Assembly: GCA_031414955.1 (NCBI GenBank)
Contig: JANOQV010000080.1
Coordinates: 1 to 12,869, forward strand
Origin: Pedosphaera sp.
GTDB taxonomy: Bacteria > Verrucomicrobiota > Verrucomicrobiia > Limisphaerales > SIBH01
DNA: 12,869 nucleotides
Reading direction: 5' to 3'
The notes under the pieces are model-generated. The model was not told the origin of the DNA. It worked only from the letters and a program-made list of their open reading frames with translations, and made no database searches. Positions 1 through 8,300 of the stretch are shown here, piece by piece (the stretch's first letter is position 1; each line of letters starts with the position of its first letter). Made by a program: the position numbers and the translations under genes.

Positions 1-1053
1 CTGGATTTGCGGGCCAGTCACGGGGCCGGCCCGGACTATTTGAAAAAGCCCCGGCTCGGCGCGGGCGAAAGCCTCGTCGGCGTGGTCCTGCGCCGCGAAA
101 AGCCGCTCCAGGTGGAGGATGTCCAGACCTCATCGCGTTACCAGAATGTCGGGGTCGCGCGCCTCGAGGGGCTGGTCTCGCTCCTCAGCGTGCCGCTCAT
201 GTACGCCGACAAGGCAATTGGCGTGCTCAATGTTTACACCGGCCACCTCTACACTTTCTCCAACGAGGAAATCCAGATTCTGACCGCGCTGGCCGAGCTT
301 TCCGCCATCGCCATTGAAAAGGCCCGGCTCTACGAGCGCATCGTCGATGTCGAGGAGCAGTTGCGCCAGAACGAGAAACTCTCCGCGCTCGGCCTGCTCG
401 CCGCCGAGGTCGCGCATGAGATTCGCAATCCGCTCACGGTCATGAAGATGCTTTTCCACTCGCTGGACCTGCGTTACTCGCCCGGCGATCCACGCGGGAA
501 AGACGCCCAGATTGTGCTCGAGAAGATGGATCACCTGAACAAGATCGTGGAACAGATCCTGGGCTTCGCGCGCACCACCGAGCCGGACTTGCAGGCCACG
601 AACGTGAATCAGCTCATCGCCGACCTCGCCCTGCTGGTGCGGCACAAGCTCCAGAACCAGAACATCCGCTTCGAGCAGAAGCTGGGGGAAAATCTGCCGG
701 ATGTTTCCGCAGATGCGGCGCAACTGGAGCAGGCTTTCTTGAACCTGACCCTGAACGCCGTCGAGGCCATGTCCGCTGGCGGGACGCTCACCATTGCCAC
801 CAAGATCATTCATCTGCCTCGCACCAGCCGCGCGCCGACCCACCTGCTCATCGAGTTCACCGACACCGGCTCCGGCATGACGCGCGAGGTGCGGGACCGT
901 GTGCTGGATTCCTTGTTGAGCACGACCAAGCAGAAAGGCACCGGCCTCGGCCTGGCCATCGTCCGCCGCGTGGTCGAGGCGCATCGCGGCAAGCTGAGGA
1001 TACGTTCCACGCCTGGCCAGGGCACCACGATGACGATCACGCTGCCGTTGTAG
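1..1053 (+). CDS. GAF-domain sensor histidine kinase (HisKA + HATPase_c), 5'-truncated by the window edge
   Basis: The frame is open from base 1 (ctg gat ttg...). GAF-like segment (GESLVGVV...SLLSVPL...IGVLNVY...FSNEEIQILTALAELSAIAIEKARLY), H-box AHEIRNPL, N-box QLEQAFLNLTLNAVEAM, G1 DTGSGM, G2 GTGLGL. Stop TAG at 1051-1053. Confidence 0.93.
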   Translation: MDLRASHGAGPDYLKKPRLGAGESLVGVVLRREKPLQVEDVQTSSRYQNVGVARLEGLVSLLSVPLMYADKAIGVLNVYTGHLYTFSNEEIQILTALAELSAIAIEKARLYERIVDVEEQLRQNEKLSALGLLAAEVAHEIRNPLTVMKMLFHSLDLRYSPGDPRGKDAQIVLEKMDHLNKIVEQILGFARTTEPDLQATNVNQLIADLALLVRHKLQNQNIRFEQKLGENLPDVSADAAQLEQAFLNLTLNAVEAMSAGGTLTIATKIIHLPRTSRAPTHLLIEFTDTGSGMTREVRDRVLDSLLSTTKQKGTGLGLAIVRRVVEAHRGKLRIRSTPGQGTTMTITLPL

Positions 1054-1095
1054 TGCGGTGGACAACGGGCTTCAGGATGTGTTCTCAAAATGCAT

Positions 1096-1294
1096 CAGCG
1101 CCGGAGGCGCGGCCGAGAGTAGCCCACGGCGTGAGCCGTGGAACCGGCGTTCCGGAATGTTCCAGCCCCAGCGGGGCGGCACCAGCCCGGCGTAGTGGGA
1201 GTTTTCGCCTTTCGCCCCGCTGGGGCTGATGCTGTTTGGGCCGCTGCCCCACAACTCACGCCGTGGGCTACTCTCTGCCGCCGCGCTGCGGCTG
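1096..1294. repeat. REP/REPIN-like nested palindromic element (GTAG-type) between convergent genes
   Basis: Perfect 21-bp inverted repeat at 1115-1135/1255-1275 (gagagtagcccacggcgtgag) and perfect 16-bp inner inverted repeat at 1163-1178/1213-1228. GTAG (1119-1122) is followed by the hairpin ccacggc-gtga-gccgtgg. Confidence 0.8.
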
Positions 1295-1309
1295 AACTTG
1301 AACAGCGCT

Positions 1310-2038
1310 CTAAAAAATCATCTGCGAAAGCTTCATCAAGGCGGGAGCGACGACCAGCGCCGGCAGGTAGTTGCCGATCTCGACGCGCCTCACTTCGAAG
1401 ATCACCAGCGCCACGTAGGTGAGCAGCAAGCCGGCGCTGGCGTGGACCACGCCGAGCAACCCCTGCCCGCCGAGCCACGGCTCCAAGACCGCGCCCAGAA
1501 TGGTCAGCGCGAAGAGCAGCGTGCCCAGCGGCACCGCGCTCAACAGCACCGGCCAGCCAAACATCCGGGTGAACGACAGCGCGGCCAGTCCGTCCATCAC
1601 GGCCTTGATGGCCAGCGGCGCGATGTTCCGCGACAAGCCATCCTCCAACGCGCCCACGATGCCGAGCGGCGCGGCGCAGAAGAGCAGGGAGGCCGTCATG
1701 AAACCGTCGCCAGCGACCTTGGCCCCGCCGGCCGCCCGCTCCAGTCGAACCTTCGCACTCTGGCCGAGGCGATTCATCGCCGACTGAATGCGGCAGAGTT
1801 TTCCCAGCAGGCTGCCCAGAATCATCGCGAGGAGCACGATGCCAAACTGGTGCCAGAAATGTTTTGCCGTGCCGGTGGCCAGTCCGGTCCACAACAGCTT
1901 TAACCCGAAGAACGCGGTGGCCACGCCGAGCAGCACCTTGACCTGCTGCTGCCGGCCCACGGCAAGATCGAGCTTCGTCGTGCGGCCGAGGACAGCCCCG
2001 AGGACGATGGCACCCGTGTTGATCAAAGTTCCGATCAT
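1310..2038 (-). CDS. DUF554 (YdfK-like) multi-pass membrane protein, 242 aa
   Basis: N-terminus MIGTLINTGAIVLG, plus GFMTASLLFC, IVGALEDGL, KAVMDG and a C-terminal NYLPAL, as typical for this family. Many hydrophobic helices. ATG at 2038 is preferred over the ORF-track start at 2083. Confidence 0.85.
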   Translation of the reverse strand: MIGTLINTGAIVLGAVLGRTTKLDLAVGRQQQVKVLLGVATAFFGLKLLWTGLATGTAKHFWHQFGIVLLAMILGSLLGKLCRIQSAMNRLGQSAKVRLERAAGGAKVAGDGFMTASLLFCAAPLGIVGALEDGLSRNIAPLAIKAVMDGLAALSFTRMFGWPVLLSAVPLGTLLFALTILGAVLEPWLGGQGLLGVVHASAGLLLTYVALVIFEVRRVEIGNYLPALVVAPALMKLSQMIF

Positions 2039-2155
2039 CGTGCGTTCCGGCGCAGCGTAGGGAGGGCGGACGGGCGCTGACAACGCGCATCTCCGCGGGG
2101 CCAGACATCAGCGCTGGCGCAACTTGAAGGTGCGATGTCCACCAACCAGAAACAC

Positions 2156-2221
2156 GAGACTGGAAAGTCTCTCAACCTGCCGGCTTTCCAGCCGGCCGGT
2201 GGCGACACTTTCTAGTGTCGC
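2156..2221. repeat. Cluster of three REP-like hairpins sharing a CT-(GGAA/TTCC/TTCT)-AG apex
   Basis: gagact-ggaa-agtctc (2156-2171), gccggct-ttcc-agccggc (2179-2196), gcgacact-ttct-agtgtcgc (2202-2221). Confidence 0.65.
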
Positions 2222-2377
2222 GGGGCCAGGCAGGGCCACGGTGGCACTTCCAAGATGCGCCCACCGCGGAGCGACCCTGCTCAAGGGCGAACTGAAGCTC
2301 GCGAAGTCCAGCGGCGCGGATCGGCTGCGCGCCCCCGGCACCTTGCCGGGAGCGCGACCACTTCCCCGCGTTCCCGC

Positions 2378-5300
2378 TCAGGGCACGGCCAGCCGCCAGA
2401 AGACCGGCAGGTCCGCCGGACTCGTCGTGAAGCTCTGCGGATTCAACTGGCTGGGCGCGGCGGTCCACGGGCCGCTGGGCGTGGGAGCGTATTGCAGTTC
2501 CAGGCCGGGCACGATGGGCAGCCAGTTCAGGTTCACCATGCCACCACCCTGACTGATGAAGAGCTGCGGGCCGCTCTCGGCTTGCAGTTGCAGGTCGAAG
2601 CTCACGTCGGAGGATGCCGCCGTGGTCTGGTGGATTTCCACCGCCACCAGGTTGTCGCCCGCGCGCAGCAGGGAGGCGTTGGTCGAGCCGCTGAAGAAGC
2701 TCACTTCGTCCGTCGCGTTCAGGGCCAGGTTGGTGAAGAGCACGGGCACGCCAGATCCGTTGGTCATGTTGCTGCGGAAGATTTCCACGCCGTTCAGATA
2801 CACCACGCCGCCATCGTCGCGGCGCAGGCGCACCACGAGATTCGAGTAACGCGCGGGATCAGCCACAGAGAAACCCTTGCGGAAGTAGGTGGTGATGATG
2901 CGCTGGCCATTCGTGCCGGTGCTGCGAATGACCGTCGCCTCGGGCAGGGCCGGGCCGTCGCCGTAGCCCAGTTCGGCCACGCCGTTGCTCCAGCCGGCGT
3001 CGTTGTAGGCATTGGTGCGCCAGAGCGTGCCCTGGTCGCTGCCGTCGTCGAGGTAGCGCCACGTCGAGTTCGAGTTGACCAGCGTGGTCAGCACGGAGGG
3101 CAGGATGACGGTGAAGGGCTGGTTCTGTGACACCGCGCTCAACCCGGTGTCGTCCGTGGCCACGGCCTGCACGTAGTGCGCGCCGAGCGAGACGCCGGTC
3201 CACAGGCCGGTGAAGGGCGCGTTCGTCACGCGACTGATCATCAGCCCGTCCACGTAGAAGTCCACGTTGGTCACGGTGCCCTCGGGGTCGCGGGCGGTGA
3301 CCAGCAACGGCAGGCCTCCCGCGTTGTAAGGCACGGTATTGGTCGGGCTGGTCACGGTGATGACCGGCGGCAGGATGCCGAAGTAGTTGCCCACCAGGTC
3401 GAGGTTGAAGCCCAGGTCGCTGCTGTTGGTGGCGGCCTGGTGAACTTCCGCCGCGAGCACATTCACGCCGTTCACCAGCGCGAGGCTGTTGGTGCTGAAG
3501 GTCCAGAACGTCTGCTCGTTCGCGGCGTTCACGGTGGCGGAGGCCAGCGAGCGGTAGTTCAAGGTGGCCTCGGCGTTCGTCATGTTGCGGCGGTAAATCT
3601 CCGTGCCGTTGAGATAGAGAATCACGCCGTCATCCACCTGAATCTGGCCGAAGAGGTTCGTGACAGCGACGGCGTTGGCCACGTTGAAGGTCTGGCGGAA
3701 GTAGAAAGTGACGAAGTTGCTGGCCGCGTTGGCGATGGCCGTGACCTCGCCGTCGCCGCCGAAACCGAGGCGCGCGACGCCGGTGCTCCAGGCCGAGTCG
3801 TTGAAGTTGGTGCCGCGCCAGGCCGTGCCCTGGTCGCTGCCGTCGGCCAGGTATTTCCAGGGGCCACCTTCGGCCAGGAGGCGCGTCGGAGGCGCGGAGC
3901 CCTCAACTGCGCCGATGTCGGGACCGGCCCCGATAGTGCGAGGAAAGCCGCGCTGGTCGGTAAGGAAGGAGGTGGCGGCAGCGGCATCAACGGCCGGCGA
4001 GCCGGGCATGGGCGGCATGGTGGGCGTGGGGCCGCCGTAGTTGCCCAGGGGGGCGAGCAGCGGATCGCCGGAGTTGAGATTAGCGCCCGTGCTGTTCAAC
4101 GTGGTTCGATTGATGATCTGATTGGGTGTGTTGCCGGCAACGATGGAATTGTGGAGGTTCAAAGTCCCCCAGTTGTAAATCCCACCCCCATCGAAGACCG
4201 CTGCATTCCCGGATATGGTGCTTTGATCCACGGTGAGCGTGCCGCCAGGGAGATAGTTATACAAGCCGCCGCCGTATAGGGCCCCATTGCCTGCCAGCGT
4301 GCATTGGATCACCGTCAAGGTGCTGTTGGAATTGTTATAGATGCCGCCGCCGTCAACACCCGACGAGTTGCCGGCCAACGTGCATTTGTTGAGCGTCAAG
4401 GATGCGCCAGAATTGTTGTAAACGCCGCCGCCCACGTTCGCGTTGGTCCCATTCACGATCGTCAGCGCGGTCAACACCACGGTCGAGCCACTATTCACTT
4501 CAAAGATGCGGCTGGCGTTATTGCCATTGATGGCAATGCCATTCGCCAGCCCCGAGCCATCAATGCTCAGGCTCCGGTTCAGGGTGATCTGGCCATTGGT
4601 CAGCCCGATGGTCTGGCCGGAGAGGCTCGGGTCAAAGGTGATGGTGGAGCCGACGGGGCAATACGTAACGGCATAGCGGAGCGACCCAGGACCGGAGTCG
4701 GCGTAATTGACGACCACCGGGCTGGCGTCCTGGAACTCCACCGCGCCGATGTCCGCGAACGGGCCGACGAGGCGCGCGAAACCACGCTGGTCGGTGGTGA
4801 AGCTGGTCGCACCGCCCGCATCAATGGCGGGCGAGCCGGGCAAGGGCGGCATGGTGGGCGTGGGGCCGCCGTAGTTGCCCAGCGGAGCGAGCGAGGGATC
4901 GCCGGTGGTGAGATTGTTGCTGCCGGCGACCGGATTGCCCGCGAAGTTGTTGGGGGAATTGCCCGCCACAATGGAGTTCGTCAGGGCGAGCGTGCCGAGG
5001 TTGTAAATCCCGCCGCCGTTCCCGGCCGAATTGCCCGCCACAGTGCATTGCAGAATGGTGAGTGTCCCATAGCTGCCGATCGCTCCCGCGTTGATGGCGG
5101 AATTGGTGGTGAGCGTGCATTGTGACATCGTCAGCGACGTGGCTCCGTCGCAATAAATCGCGCCACCCGCCGCGGAGCTATTGTTGTGCAAGGTCGCACG
5201 GCTGATGGACAAGGCGCTGCCCGAAGCGCAGTAGATCGCGCCCCCGTAACCATAAGCACCGCCACCGGCGTAACCGTTGACCAGCCTGAGGGAAACGAGC

Positions 5301-8300
5301 GCGTTCGTTGTTCCACCAGCCACGGTAAAAATACGCGAGGCACCACCATTGCCATCCAGGGTGATTCCGCCGGCCAAGGCCGAGGCGTCAATGGTCAGGC
5401 TCTTGTCCAGCGTCAGTTGCCCGTTGGTCAGCAGGATGGTCTGGCCGGACAGGTTCGTGGCAAAGGTGATGGTGGAACTGGACGCGGAAAACGCGATGGC
5501 CTCGCGGAGCGAAACGCCGTTCACATCCAGTCCGTCGATTGCGTCATTCGTGCTCGTCACCACCGTCGAGCCGGGAATGGCATGGCCTGATTCCACCGAG
5601 CCGATGTCCACGCCCGCGCCGAGGCTGCGGATGAAGCCGCGCTGGTCGGTGGTGAAGCTGGTCGCACCGCCCGCATCAATGGCGGGCGAGCCGGGCAAGG
5701 GCGGCATGGTGGGCGTGGGGCCACCGTAGTTGGCCAGGGGAGCGAGTAGCGGAGAGTTGGTGAGCGGGGCGGGATTGACCGGCGTGGGGTTGCCGTACTC
5801 GCCGTAAGTCTGGATGAGATTCATTCCCAACAGGGTCAGCCCGCCCTGGTTGTTAAACACATCCGAGGCGATCGAATTGATGTTGGTCTGCGGCGTGACA
5901 TAGCAGAAAATATCGGCTCCGAGACCATCCGGATAGACGCCAGTCGCCGTATTCCCGGACAACGTGCATTGGTTCACCGTCAGAGCCAGTCCGCGCACCG
6001 TCGCGATGGCGCCGCCACCGTCGGCCGAGTTGCCCTTAAAAGTGCATTGGTTCACCGTCAGCGTGCCCTCCCAGTTCATGATGCCGCCGCCGCCGCCGGC
6101 CGCCCAGTTGCCTGCCAGAGTGCAGCGGTTCACCACCAGGGTTCCCAGGTTGTAAATGCCGGCGCCGATGTTCGCCGGGTAGCCTCCGGGCGCGTAACCG
6201 TTGCTGATAGTCAGGGAGTTCAGAGCCACCGTGGCGTTCGTCGCCACCTCAAAGATCCGGCTCGCCTGGTTGCCGTTGATCGTGATGCCGTTGGGGAGCA
6301 TCGAAGCATCAATGGTCAGGCTTTTGTCCAGCGTCAGTTGCCCGTTGGTCAGCAGGATGGTCTGGCCGGACAGGTTCGTGGCAAAGGTGATGGTGGAACT
6401 GGGCGCGGAGAACGTGATGGCCTCGCGGAGCGAAACGCCGTTCACATCCAGTCCGTCGATTGCGTCATTCGTGCTCGTCACCACCGTCGAGCCGGGAATG
6501 GCATGGCCCGATTCCACCGAGCCGATGTCCACGAACGCCCCGACGAGGCGGAAGAAGCCGCGCTGGTCCACGTTGGTGAAGCTGGTGCCGCTGGTGCAGC
6601 CGTCGATGACCGGCGAGCCGGGCAAAGGCAAACACGTTGGCGTCGGCCCGCCGTAGTGGCCCAGCGGGGCCAGCAGCGGATTGCCGTTGGTGAAGTTGTT
6701 GCCCAGCGCGGTAAAAGTGCCGGTGGCGAAGGCGATGTCGGGGTGAACCGGGGCGCTGTTCCCGGCCACGATGGAGTTGTAAATGGTCAGGGTGCCGATG
6801 CCGGAGAACTTGACGACGCCACCGACGCCATTGGCACTCGAAGACGAGTTGCCGGTGACGGTGCTTTGATTCACGGACACCGTCCCGTCCTGAATGTCCA
6901 CCCCGCCGCCGCCATCGCCATCACAGGCATTGCCGCTCACGGTGCTCTGGTTGAGGGTGAGCATGCCGGCGTAATTCTCGATGCCGCCGCCATAACCGCT
7001 GGCCGAGTTGCCGGACACGGTGCTGTCGTTCAACGTCAACACGCCCTCGTTGTAAAGTCCGCCCCCGCCCACCCCGACGCCGGTGGCCGAACTGCCGGCA
7101 ACGGTGCAACGGTTCAAGGTCAAGTTACCCAGGTTGAAGACGGCTCCGCCCCGATCCGCCAACCCGTTCTTGAGAGTCAGCCCGGTCAGCACGTTGATCC
7201 GGCCGAGCAGCACGTTGAAGACTCTGGAGGCGTTCCCCGCATCGACGATGATCCCGTTGGGCAGCGACGAGGCGTCGATGACCAGGCTCTTCCTCAGGGA
7301 CAGTTCACCGCTGGTCAGCAGGATGGTCTGGCCGGAGAGCGTGTTGGTGAAGGTGATGGTGGAACCGACGGGGCAATACGCCACGGCATCGCGCAGCGAC
7401 CCGGGACCGGAGTCGTTGTTATTGAGGACCACCGGGCTGGCGTCCTGAAACTCCACCGCACCGATGTCCGCGAACGAGCCGGCGATGCGCGGGAAACCGC
7501 GCTGGTCGGTCGGGAAACTCGTGCCGCCCGTGCAGCCGTCGATGGCCGGCGAACCGGGCAAAGGCCGCATCGTCGCCGTGGGGCCACCGTAATTGCCGAG
7601 CGCGGCGAGCAGCGGCGCGGCAGAGATCGGGGCCGGGCCCGAGTATCCGCTGTTGATGGATTGAACGAGGTTCGATCCAGCAAACGTGAGCGTGCCGCTG
7701 TTGTGAATGTCCGCGCCCCCCGTGGTGGAAGTGTTCCCGGCCACGATGCTGTTGGTGACAGCGACCGCGCCGAGGTAGCTGAAAATCCCACCGCCCGCAC
7801 CGTTGCCGGCGGCGGGGGCTGAGTTGCTGACGATGGTGCAGTGCGAGACGGCCACCGAGCCACTGTCGTTGGCAATCGCGCCACCAAACGCGGCGGCGCA
7901 GGTGTTGGCAGTGAGCGTGCAGTTGACGAGGGAAATCGTGGCCGCAGCGGTGTTATTGAAAATCGCCCCGCCGTTGTTGGGGGAATAATTGCCCGTGAGG
8001 GTGCAGCCGGTGAGCGTGACCGGGGATTCCGCGTAAATCGCGCCGCCGTTGCCGCTGAGGGCAGTCCCGCCGCCGTACGCCAGGGTGAGGTTGCGCAGGG
8101 TGAGGTCGCCCGCGCCCGTGACATTGAAGAGGCGGAAATTTCCCGACGCGCCCTGGTCGGCCTTGCCCCGGAGGGTGACGCCACCGGCCAGGCCGCTGGC
8201 GTCAATGGTGAGGTTCTTCGTCAGCGCAATCTCGGAGAGGAACTGGATGGTCTGGCCGGAGAGCGTGTTGGTGAAGGTGATGGTGGAACCGACCGGACAA

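Noticed and set aside
1202..1215. Possible target site of the predicted bridge RNA inside the REPIN (ttttcGCCTTTCGc vs TGAATGCCTTTCGG)
   Set aside because: Only 9/14 match (8 contiguous around CT), which is plausible by chance. Worth revisiting only if a genome-wide scan shows the predicted target in REPs.
130..2108. Alternative ORFs 130..1065(-), 1095..2108(-), 1229..1903(+)
   Set aside because: They overlap well-supported genes and give Arg/Ala/Gly-rich, motif-less translations.
1096..2221. CRISPR array
   Set aside because: The repeats are inverted or nested hairpins, not regularly spaced direct repeats with unique spacers, and there are no cas genes.
2348..2375. Intrinsic terminator after the giant gene
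   Set aside because: The stem (8/9 bp) has an A-C mismatch on the transcribed strand and no U-tract.
5388..6533. Diversity-generating retroelement TR/VR pair
   Set aside because: The five mismatches are mixed transitions rather than adenine-specific on one copy, both copies are in-frame coding, and there is no reverse transcriptase in the window.
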